54,166 nucleotides of DNA from Candidatus Zipacnadia bacterium (lineage in GTDB: Bacteria; Armatimonadota; Zipacnadia; Zipacnadales; UBA11051), in assembly GCA_029821145.1 (NCBI GenBank), contig JALGTY010000004.1, forward strand, positions 1 through 54,166, given 5' to 3'. The first letter of the stretch is position 1. Every line of letters starts with the position of its first letter. The notes under the pieces are model-generated. The model searched no databases. It worked only from the letters and a program-made list of their open reading frames with translations, and had not been told where the DNA came from. Positions 27,917 to 36,066 of the stretch are shown piece by piece. Both the position numbers and the translations under genes were made by a program.

Positions 27917-30900
27917 CTAACGGATTATTGCGACCTGGGTCAGGGCCTGTGCCTGCTGGCCGTCCTCGGTGCGTGCGGTGATCCGGATGAGATAGCGGCC
28001 GTTGGGTACCCTGACGCCTGTATTGCTGCGGCCATTCCAGGCCACGGACTGCAAGCCGGCGGCCTGGCTCTGATCCTGCACCAGGCGCCTGATGAGGCGG
28101 CCGCTGATATTGTGCACATCAACGGTCACTTGAGCGTTTTTCGACAGCGTGTAGCTGACCGCAGCGCTCGCAGCCTTGGTGGAAGCGACTGCGGCGGTTA
28201 TGGCCAACTGGCCGACGCCTGACGCTGAGGTGCTCACCCGTAGCTTGCGGGTGTGCGCGTCAGCCTCGAAGCTGTAAGCGCGGCTGGTGCGCATGTACAC
28301 CCGCTTGCCGGTAGCCAAATCGGTCAGGATAGGCTGGGTCCCGGCCGGCACGCCGGACATATCGGGCCAGGATATTTCGATCGGCTGCCCCTTGAGGTTG
28401 GTCTGCACCTCAACGTCCCACTGCTGTTGCTTGGACTGCTGACTACGGATGTCAACTGCCATCCCCGGGGCATTTGCACCTTGTAGCGACAGATAGACAT
28501 ACGCGCCGATGGCAGGCACCGGCGGCTTGGCCTGGTCGAGGCCCGGATCGAAGCCGTCAGAGGCGCCGGCTGCGGTCCCGATGTAGGCTGCGGTGTCCTG
28601 CAGACCGGCGACGGTGGCGGTGGTCTGCAACTGCAATAGCCAACCATCGGCCGGAACGGGGACGGCCGGTCTGGCCGCCTGCGTGCCTACGCCCAGCGTG
28701 TCTGTGCTCTCGTCAATGACTAGCTCGCAAGGCTCGTTGGCGTTGAGCCAGTAGCCGACATAGGGCGTCAATGCTGCGGCGACGCGGTAACCGCCCAGCA
28801 TGTAGGCGAACAGGCCGGAACCCAGCACGTTTCGGGCCATGGCGTCCTGCACCGACCGCAACACTCCGTCCTGGTCGCGGACACTGGTTGCGTAGAACTC
28901 GATGCTCGACAAGAACGGGTTACCGATGAGGTTCCAGCCTGGGACCAGCGGGATCTCGTGGATGGTTGCGGCCGGCGTGCCCTCCTGAGCCAGATCGGTG
29001 GGGCCTGCCAGATTCAGCCAGTAGCCGGTACCGAGGCGGAAGCGGTCGGCGGGAGCGCTGGGATAGATCCGGTAACGCCCGCTGCTTGCCTCCCAAGTGG
29101 CCATGTGCAGCGTGTCAACGCCGCCGAGCAAGTCCTTCGGGTCTATGTTATTCTCTCCACTGCTAAAATCCCAGGGCAGGGAGATAAGCTGCAACCCGGC
29201 CGGGAAGACGTGCAGGCTTTCCAGCACGAAGCTTACGCCGGTGGTCGTCTTACCGCTGAGCACGGTCACAACGCGCTGCTGGGGCTGCGGCTTGTAGCCG
29301 GAGACTACCGGCACAACAGTGACTTCGCCGGCCGGCACGCTTTCTTGATCGTCATCTTTGTCGAAGATGTAGTTGTAGGGCGGTGTGCCGTCGCCCGGAT
29401 CGGTAGGCGGCTCGGCGTGGGTCTCGGTGGTGCAAATGACAGTGTCACCCGACATGATTCTTATCACCACGCCGCCCACACACAGGCCGGTAGTTGCAGA
29501 TACAACCTTGCCAGAGATGCCGCCATCAGCCACCGTGTTGAGCTCTATATACACCTCTTTAGTCTCCTGAGAAACTACCACAGTGCCCAGCAGGGGTGAG
29601 GCTTCGTAGCCGGCGCGCGAGGCTCGCACCTGATAGGTGCCGGCCGGCAGCGAGATATTGACTATCCCGGTCGAGTCAGTTAGCGGGGCAGGCGCAACTA
29701 CCTGCTGGCCGTTCTCGTCGAGGATCTCGATTGTCGCATCGGGGATGTCGTCGCCCGTGTCGGCCTCGTTCACGTGTACCTCAAGGATTCCGTCAGCAGC
29801 GCCAAGAATAAAGGCCAGGTTGGTGGTATTGCCGGGCGTGACCGTTGCCTCGAGCTGCTGTGTGCCGTAGCCGACCACAGTGCCGTCAGCGACTACGATG
29901 TAGTCTCCGGGCGGAATTCCCGGAATGACGAAGGTGCCGTCCGCAGCGCTGGTACCTTCGCCGATGGGATCTCCCAGATCCTCAATGGGGATATCGCCCT
30001 CGGCCTGACCGGGGGCGACGGACGCTGTTGCCGTTTCCTCTTCTTCTTCCTCCACAGGCGCCGGATAGACGCGTATGGTGACGTTGCTGATGGGGTCGCC
30101 GGTTGCCTCAGAGACTACGGTTCCGGCTATTGCGCCTGGCTGGGCTTCCTTGATTGCGAAGTCCACCTGCACAGGTTCCTGACCGCCATGGACCCAGGAC
30201 CGTGTTCCGTGGTCAATTTCGAAGCCGGTGCGTATCACTTCGAAGGTATAATGGCCCGGGTTGAGGCCCTGCATGACATACGTGCCGTCCTTCTGGCAGC
30301 GGACGGCATACTTATACTCGGTGACCTCTCCGACTGGGTCGTCGCCCTCCTCGGGCTGCTCTCTGACACCCGCTAATAGGGTGGCAATGACGACCGGCTC
30401 AGGGTCGGTGACAGGCTTTCCGCCCTCGCTGATGGAGACGACGCGCCCCTGGAAGGTAGCGGTGCGCATCCAGCACTTGGCATTGTGGGCCAGGTGGCTG
30501 CGGTGATTCGCACAGTGTGCCGGAATGGGCGTGTGTGCGTTGATATAGCGCCGGTGAATCTGCTCAAAGCCGAATGAGAGGAAGGCCACCCGTGCACCGG
30601 TAGTGAAATTTTGATATCTGGTGCCGGCACCGGTGCCGTCGAAGCCCCCATACCCGTACATCTTTACATTTCCCACCGGGGTGATGCCATCGGCCCAGTC
30701 TGAGAATTCCGCCGCGTCGCAAAGACAGGGCTGGGAGGAGCTTTGGTTCTGTGGCGTCACCAGATCGATCGGGTTATCTGCTGCCTCGTACCAGAGGGGG
30801 GTAAATAACTGGCCAGTTGAATAGTGCACACTTGAGCTTTCGACCCAGGCGTCCCAGGCAACCGGGTCAGTGGCGGCCCCTCCAACCGTAAATCCCCACG

Positions 30901-33109
30901 TGCCGGCGGCATCGGTGTAATAGCTAGCGCGCAAATAGGTGGTCAGGAAGTTGTTGGTGGTCTTGTCGCCCATGGTCAGCGCCCAAGCGAGGTCCTGGCC
31001 GGATATGAAGAGCCGGCCGCCCTGATCCAGGAACTGACTCATCTGGGCCTGGGTGGCTGCATCCATGATCGTGCCATCGCATACCCAGACATCGCCCGTG
31101 TGCGGCGCAGCCCAGAACACCATACGGTTGGCGACCAGAACTTCCCGCTTGGCCTTTGCCGTCGTAGGACTGGCGAGGGCGTCTGCGGGGTCCAACTGGT
31201 AATCCGAACTCGGCAGGTAGTTGCGCAGAATTGTGTCGGGTATCTGCCCGCGGCAGATGATTCTCCAGACGTCGTAGCTCTCGTTGAATGGGCCGGCTAT
31301 GCTGTCGAAATCAGTGCTCCACTCCAAGCCCTCTTTGTAGCCGGGGTTGTAGCGCCAGTAGCTCTCGTTCGGAAACGCGGCAGGCCAGTCTGTGTTGTAT
31401 CCGGTGTCAGCGATGAAACGCTGGCCCTCGCAGTAGTCGTCAACAAACAAGACACGGTTATCGGGATTGAATGTGATAGTGCTAAAGCCGTAGATATCAT
31501 CGTAGGTGAGCGAGTTGCCCTCATTATCGGTTGTGGTAATGTCAATGATGTAGTCCCGGGGCACAACAGTGGTGGTATATGTGCCGGTGAAGACGCCGTC
31601 TCCCGCCGTCGAGTCTGGTGCCACGCCATCGTCCAGCAACGGTCTGGCGCCGGTTTGCACACAGTCCCATTCCAAGGCCTGATGACAACCGGGTGTTGTT
31701 CCCATCCATTGCTCAAAGCGTGCGCCGTCCCACCAGAGATAGACTTTGATGTCAGGGTCCTTGAACGTCGCTGTGACCGAGCTGACCCCGCTATCCTTGT
31801 CATAGACAGCGACATATACTGTGATGTCGGAACCGGGCGGCGGATTACGGTCATCAACCCAAGGCAGTGCATCCTCACGGTCCGGACCATTGACCAGTAC
31901 AGGCGGCACGGTGTCCCGGGCGAAGGTGGCCCAGATGTCGGGCTCACTGGCGGGGTCGTAGGGGGGGTCGGGGCGGGTTGATTGAAAGATAAACCGCATT
32001 CTGGCCCGCTGGTCGAGGTCAGGTGTCCATGTCGGGTTGGTGTCATCGTACGCATCATCGAGAACGTTGAGGGTCACAATTGTCGCGTCTGCGCCGACTG
32101 CTTCGCCGACGGCGGACATGCGCCAGATGTTGAAATCATTGGTAGTATCGCCGGGGCCTGTCACTCGCGACGACGAGAAGACAAGGCTCTGGCCGGTCGG
32201 TTGCCACGCCGGATCTATATCGTCGGCGTCCGGGTAGCCCCCACCGGTACTCAGAGCCGTCACATTGCCACCCTCGCCGTCCATGGCGAAGATGCGCTGT
32301 ACAGTGCCCGTGGTGGTCTGGTAGGCAATGTAGGGAGATGTCGGCGACCAGGCCGGAGAGGTCTCGTCATTGGGACTGACCGCAAGCGGCACTTCGGAGC
32401 CAGCGCCGGTGGATGAGATCTTGAAGATGTCCCAGTTGCCGCTGCGGTCACACTGGAAGGCGATCCAGTTGCTGTCAGGTGACCAGGTCGGATGGCGTTT
32501 GTTGCCCTGGGTGGTGGTGATCTGCCAGATGACGCCTGTGCTAACCTCGATAGTATATATCTGATAAGTGCCGGTCTGGTTGGAGGCGTATGCCAACAGC
32601 CTGCCACTGGGATTGAAAGCGGGCTCGCGCTGGTCGCCCGGCAGATCGACGAGTTGCACTTGCTGGGTGCCGTCGGGCCGCATCAGCCAGAGGTTGAATT
32701 CGGGCTCGTCGGGCAAGGTGGGGTCAATCTGGCGGTCGGCGTCGGCGTCTTCGCCGTTGCTTACAAACGCGATAGAGTTGGCGCCGGTAGCAGGAGATGA
32801 ACTGGGGTCAAGTTCCTCCGTCGCCACCGCGTTTGGGGTGATATCATCATCCCGGTCCGGGCCCGGGCCCTGTTGCGTATCCACACCACCATGACGCTCC
32901 GGGCACTCCATACAGCCGATGACTTGGCGCGGAGGCCCTGGCAACGGCTCACGCTGCAGCCTGTCCAGCGACAACAGCGGCCCCGCAGCACGTAGGCGTG
33001 AGGACTGCGTCGAGGCGACGGATGATATGATAAGTAGAATTGCGACCAGTAGACAGAAGAGCAATAATGAAGCCAGGGGTCTGGTGTGGCCCTTCTGCAA
33101 GATAATCAC
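27917..33109 (-). CDS. Giant secreted multidomain protein (about 1730 aa): TolB-like beta-propeller + unknown central domain + carboxypeptidase-regulatory-like repeats + shared C-terminal cassette
   Basis: PD40/TolB-type blades are present (PAFNPSGRLLAYASNQTGTYQIY, PTWSPDSNWIAFQCDRSGNWDIF, PAWSPTSPYIAYQ). CarboxypepD_reg-like repeats are present (GTVVSEATGDPISNVTIRVY, GKVVSATTGLCVGGVVIRI). The cassette is ISLPWDF...GYWLN / GWNLIGNPF...GYWLN / FlgD-Ig tail. The start is ambiguous: GTG at 33109 or TTG at 33100. Confidence 0.7.
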   Translation of the reverse strand: MIILQKGHTRPLASLLLFCLLVAILLIISSVASTQSSRLRAAGPLLSLDRLQREPLPGPPRQVIGCMECPERHGGVDTQQGPGPDRDDDITPNAVATEELDPSSSPATGANSIAFVSNGEDADADRQIDPTLPDEPEFNLWLMRPDGTQQVQLVDLPGDQREPAFNPSGRLLAYASNQTGTYQIYTIEVSTGVIWQITTTQGNKRHPTWSPDSNWIAFQCDRSGNWDIFKISSTGAGSEVPLAVSPNDETSPAWSPTSPYIAYQTTTGTVQRIFAMDGEGGNVTALSTGGGYPDADDIDPAWQPTGQSLVFSSSRVTGPGDTTNDFNIWRMSAVGEAVGADATIVTLNVLDDAYDDTNPTWTPDLDQRARMRFIFQSTRPDPPYDPASEPDIWATFARDTVPPVLVNGPDREDALPWVDDRNPPPGSDITVYVAVYDKDSGVSSVTATFKDPDIKVYLWWDGARFEQWMGTTPGCHQALEWDCVQTGARPLLDDGVAPDSTAGDGVFTGTYTTTVVPRDYIIDITTTDNEGNSLTYDDIYGFSTITFNPDNRVLFVDDYCEGQRFIADTGYNTDWPAAFPNESYWRYNPGYKEGLEWSTDFDSIAGPFNESYDVWRIICRGQIPDTILRNYLPSSDYQLDPADALASPTTAKAKREVLVANRMVFWAAPHTGDVWVCDGTIMDAATQAQMSQFLDQGGRLFISGQDLAWALTMGDKTTNNFLTTYLRASYYTDAAGTWGFTVGGAATDPVAWDAWVESSSVHYSTGQLFTPLWYEAADNPIDLVTPQNQSSSQPCLCDAAEFSDWADGITPVGNVKMYGYGGFDGTGAGTRYQNFTTGARVAFLSFGFEQIHRRYINAHTPIPAHCANHRSHLAHNAKCWMRTATFQGRVVSISEGGKPVTDPEPVVIATLLAGVREQPEEGDDPVGEVTEYKYAVRCQKDGTYVMQGLNPGHYTFEVIRTGFEIDHGTRSWVHGGQEPVQVDFAIKEAQPGAIAGTVVSEATGDPISNVTIRVYPAPVEEEEEETATASVAPGQAEGDIPIEDLGDPIGEGTSAADGTFVIPGIPPGDYIVVADGTVVGYGTQQLEATVTPGNTTNLAFILGAADGILEVHVNEADTGDDIPDATIEILDENGQQVVAPAPLTDSTGIVNISLPAGTYQVRASRAGYEASPLLGTVVVSQETKEVYIELNTVADGGISGKVVSATTGLCVGGVVIRIMSGDTVICTTETHAEPPTDPGDGTPPYNYIFDKDDDQESVPAGEVTVVPVVSGYKPQPQQRVVTVLSGKTTTGVSFVLESLHVFPAGLQLISLPWDFSSGENNIDPKDLLGGVDTLHMATWEASSGRYRIYPSAPADRFRLGTGYWLNLAGPTDLAQEGTPAATIHEIPLVPGWNLIGNPFLSSIEFYATSVRDQDGVLRSVQDAMARNVLGSGLFAYMLGGYRVAAALTPYVGYWLNANEPCELVIDESTDTLGVGTQAARPAVPVPADGWLLQLQTTATVAGLQDTAAYIGTAAGASDGFDPGLDQAKPPVPAIGAYVYLSLQGANAPGMAVDIRSQQSKQQQWDVEVQTNLKGQPIEISWPDMSGVPAGTQPILTDLATGKRVYMRTSRAYSFEADAHTRKLRVSTSASGVGQLAITAAVASTKAASAAVSYTLSKNAQVTVDVHNISGRLIRRLVQDQSQAAGLQSVAWNGRSNTGVRVPNGRYLIRITARTEDGQQAQALTQVAIIR

Positions 33110-33268
33110 TCCTCAGCAGATGCTTTGATGCATTCTACGTTGACCGGCCAGCGCCAACCACAGTAGCCCCACCCCTGGTCACCTATCAAACATGTTCCCA
33201 CGTAGCAACATACAAGGCTCACATTACGCACTACGCAGCAATGCTCCCGTGAGCGCCAGGGCCACGGC

Positions 33269-33298
33269 ATTATAGCACACCGTCTTGCGGCTTGCCAA
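33269..33298 (-). promoter_or_regulatory. Strong sigma70-type promoter for the secreted-protein island
   Basis: The minus strand reads TTGGCA (33298-33293), an 18-nt spacer, then TGcTATAAT (extended -10, TATAAT at 33274-33269). This leaves a leader of about 155 nt before the giant ORF. Confidence 0.55.
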
Positions 33299-33485
33299 GA
33301 GGCAACGCCGGCGACCAGCCAGAAGTCAAATGAATCCCCCGCCAGATTTCCCTGCGGCTTCCAGAAAGCCGCAATATACCGGCGTTGAATCCGGAATGGC
33401 TTACTTCAGTATATACCCAATATTCTAGGACAACAACCCAGCGATTTCGGTTCTGCGAAACATCCATGTTCAGCATCGTGAACCG

Positions 33486-34094
33486 CTAAGTACCACGCCC
33501 GGTCAGTCGTTGGTACAGTGCTTCTACTTGCGCCTGTAGTTGGCCTGCATTTTTGTCGGTATTTATCTCAAGATCGGCTGGACTATCATCCAAGCCGGCG
33601 GCTGCGTGGGCGTCGAGCCGGCGCTTGGTCTCGGCTACAGTCAGGTTGTCTCTTGTGCGTATGCGGTGTTCCCGCACGGGTCGGGAGGCAGTGACATTCA
33701 ATACATAATCAACCAGCCTGTCGGCACCCATTTCGTACAGATTCGCAGCCTCCACGGTTACCAGCGCCGGCGGGACTGTTGCCTCCCGCAACTGCGCGAG
33801 GCGCTCCTGCAGCAGGCCTACCATTGCCGGATACATGATATCATTGAGCCGCTGGCGTGCCTGCTCGCTGGCAAAGATCAATTCGGCCAATCTGCCCCGC
33901 AGCAGGTTGCCTTCGCTGTCGAAGAACTCCTCGCCGAAAGCGTGCCTGATCTTGCCCGTCAGCGCCGCACCCGGCTGCAGCAACTCTCTTGACAGGTCAT
34001 CGGCCTCGATGGTCACAGCCCCGAGGCGACCGAGGATCTCCAGCACAAAGGTCTTGCCGGATCCCATCGGCCCGACTATGCCGAGAACGGTCAT
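33486..34094 (-). CDS. coaE: Dephospho-CoA kinase
   Basis: MTVLGIVGPMGSGKTFV carries a P-loop. The product is 202 aa with a typical CoaE layout. Confidence 0.85.
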   Translation of the reverse strand: MTVLGIVGPMGSGKTFVLEILGRLGAVTIEADDLSRELLQPGAALTGKIRHAFGEEFFDSEGNLLRGRLAELIFASEQARQRLNDIMYPAMVGLLQERLAQLREATVPPALVTVEAANLYEMGADRLVDYVLNVTASRPVREHRIRTRDNLTVAETKRRLDAHAAAGLDDSPADLEINTDKNAGQLQAQVEALYQRLTGRGT

Positions 34095-34127
34095 CCCAGC
34101 TTCATCCCTGTCACTACAACAGTATGC

Positions 34128-35879
34128 CTATTCATCCGCCTTTTCAGGCTTGTCTTGTTTGTCCGCAGCGTCTTCGTCTTCTTTGTCTTTCTTTGCTTTT
34201 CTGGGCTTTTTGGGTTTCTTGGCTTTTGTGGTCGTTGCAGCTTTTTTGGGCTTCTTGGTACTAGCGGCTTTCTTCGGCTTTTTGGGCTTTTCGGCTGTCT
34301 CGGCTTCTTCTTCGGTTTCCTCTTCAGCCGCTTTCTCTTCCGGTTCTTCTTCGGTTTCTTCTGCGGCCGCTTCTGCGGCTGCTTCTACGTCTTCCTCTTC
34401 AGTTGGCTCTTCTTCTGCTGTCTCGGCTACTTGCTGAGGTTCTCCTTCGGGCTCTACTTCTTCGGCTGCTTCTACGTCTTCCTCTTCGGTTGCCTCTTCT
34501 TCTGTCTCGGCTACTTGCTGAGGTTCTCCTTCTGTCTCGGCTACTTGCTGAGGTTCTCCTTCGGGCTCTACTTCTTCGGCTGCTTCTACGTCTTCCTCTT
34601 CGGTTGCCTCTTCTTCTGCTGGTTTTTCTTGGACTTCCTCGGTTTCATCCTCGACTGCTACCTGCTGCAGAACATCACCGAACTGGTCGCCCAGAGTTAG
34701 CTTGGGCTGTTCCTGGTTGGCCATGTATTGCTGATACTCCTGCCGTTCTTTCTCCTGGTCGGCGGCGACCAGGCTCAAGCTCATGCGGCGCGCCTTGATA
34801 CGCATATCAATGACCTTCAGATCGACCTCTTGGCCGGCGCTGACCACGTCCGAGGCCTCTGAGATGCGTTTGTTGCTCATTTCAGATATGGGTATGAAGC
34901 CCTCTATCTCGTAGTCAAACAACTGCGCGAAAGCGCCGGTGCGCACCACACGGGTAATACGTGCCTTGAGGACGCTGCCGACTCGAATACTGGGCGCAGC
35001 CTCCTTCCACGGATCGGGCAGGATCTGGCGCCTCGAAAGTGAGATACGATTGTTTTCGCGGTCAATGTCCAGCACGGCAACGCGAACTGTATCCCCTACC
35101 TTGAGCACTTCAGAGGGGTGCTTGACGTGTGTCCAGGCCATTTCGGAGATGTGCAGCAGGCCGTCAACGCCACCCAGATCAATGAAAGCGCCATAGCTGG
35201 TGAGGCTGCGCACTTTGCCTTCGCAGACCACGCCTTCTTCGAGGTTGCTGAGTGTCTCCTGGCGACGCCGTTCGCGTTCTTCTTCGATCGCCACGCGGTG
35301 CGAGAGGATTAGCTTCTTGGACTCGCGGTCGGCTTCGAGCACGCGCAGGCGCAGAGACTGGCCGACAAAGCGCTCGAGGTTGCGGAGGTTGCGGGTTGCC
35401 ACATGTTTGCCGGGCACAAAACCGGGCATGCCCACGTCCACGCGCAATCCGCCTTTTACGCGGTCGGTGACGATGGCCTCGACTATCTCGCCGGTTTCAA
35501 CGGCCTCGGTGAGGCGGTTCCAGACCCGCTCGTAGTCGGCTCTGCGCTTGGACAGCCTGATAACGCTTTCTTCGTCATCAACTTTGACAACAGCGACCTC
35601 TATTTCATCGTCCACGGCCGGAAACTCATCAGGGCTGGCGAACTCGGACACGGGTATGATGCCTTCGTACTTGCTGCCGATGTCAACGCTGACGACTTGA
35701 TCGTCAACAGCCGCGACGACGCCTGTGACTATATCACCTTTATTGACTTGTATCGGCAGTGCCTGGTCGAGGGCGGCCTGCATTGGGTCGCCGGTTGTTC
35801 CTGACGCTTTCTCAGGCGATGCCTCAGCTTCATCCTTCCGCTGCTTTTCCTTGTCGGTATCTTCAAAGTCCCAAGTCAT
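34128..35879 (-). CDS. rpsA: 30S ribosomal protein S1 with long acidic then lysine-rich repetitive C-terminal extension
   Basis: Multiple S1/OB repeats are visible (GDIVTGVV..., GEIVEAIVTDRVKGG, GVVCEGKVRSLTSYGAFIDLGG, GSVLKARITRVV). The ATG at 35879 follows GGGAG. The tail reads EEATEEEDVEAAEEVEPEGEPQQVAET... and then KPKKPKKAASTKKPKK... Confidence 0.9.
   Translation of the reverse strand: MTWDFEDTDKEKQRKDEAEASPEKASGTTGDPMQAALDQALPIQVNKGDIVTGVVAAVDDQVVSVDIGSKYEGIIPVSEFASPDEFPAVDDEIEVAVVKVDDEESVIRLSKRRADYERVWNRLTEAVETGEIVEAIVTDRVKGGLRVDVGMPGFVPGKHVATRNLRNLERFVGQSLRLRVLEADRESKKLILSHRVAIEEERERRRQETLSNLEEGVVCEGKVRSLTSYGAFIDLGGVDGLLHISEMAWTHVKHPSEVLKVGDTVRVAVLDIDRENNRISLSRRQILPDPWKEAAPSIRVGSVLKARITRVVRTGAFAQLFDYEIEGFIPISEMSNKRISEASDVVSAGQEVDLKVIDMRIKARRMSLSLVAADQEKERQEYQQYMANQEQPKLTLGDQFGDVLQQVAVEDETEEVQEKPAEEEATEEEDVEAAEEVEPEGEPQQVAETEGEPQQVAETEEEATEEEDVEAAEEVEPEGEPQQVAETAEEEPTEEEDVEAAAEAAAEETEEEPEEKAAEEETEEEAETAEKPKKPKKAASTKKPKKAATTTKAKKPKKPRKAKKDKEDEDAADKQDKPEKADE
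34381..34618. repeat. In-frame tandem repeats inside the rpsA tail (84-bp unit with an extra 30-bp sub-unit)
   Basis: The 30-mer tgtctcggctacttgctgaggttctccttc occurs at 34419-34448, 34503-34532 and 34533-34562. The 54-mer gggctctacttcttcggctgcttctacgtcttcctcttcggttgcctcttcttc occurs at 34449-34502 and 34563-34616. A partial copy is at 34381-34418. Confidence 0.9.
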
Positions 35880-35950
35880 GCGAACAATCTCCCTTCGGCC
35901 GTCTCTGGCGGACGGCCATACCAAGTTGAGTTACGCGATGTCGAGTTTTC

Positions 35951-36017
35951 TGTCGGGCTGGAGCCTACTTCGCCATAGTACCCGCAGGCTACATCGGTTG
36001 AAAGCCCGACCCATGCG
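35951..36017. repeat. Composite REP-like element (diverged) in the polA-rpsA spacer
   Basis: The left arm is tgtcgggctgga, the right arm is gaaagcccgacccatgcg, and an insert of about 37 nt lies between them. Confidence 0.55.
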
Positions 36018-36066
36018 AAATGTGAAGATGGAACGTTACACGTCACAAGTTGACCGAAGCCCGTAG

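Noticed and set aside
15025-33109. Island considered as a prophage, integrative element or toxin (Rhs/polymorphic toxin) locus
   Set aside because: No integrase, transposase, phage structural genes, flanking direct repeats or adjacent tRNA were seen. No Rhs/YD repeats or immunity-like small ORFs were seen. By eye, the composition is similar to the flanks.
34155-34798. Plus-strand ORFs with FFGFLGF / LLLRLLL repeats; the periodic DNA was also considered as a possible CRISPR array
   Set aside because: They are the reverse translation of the rpsA repetitive tail. The repeats are contiguous and in frame with no unique spacers, so this is not a CRISPR array.
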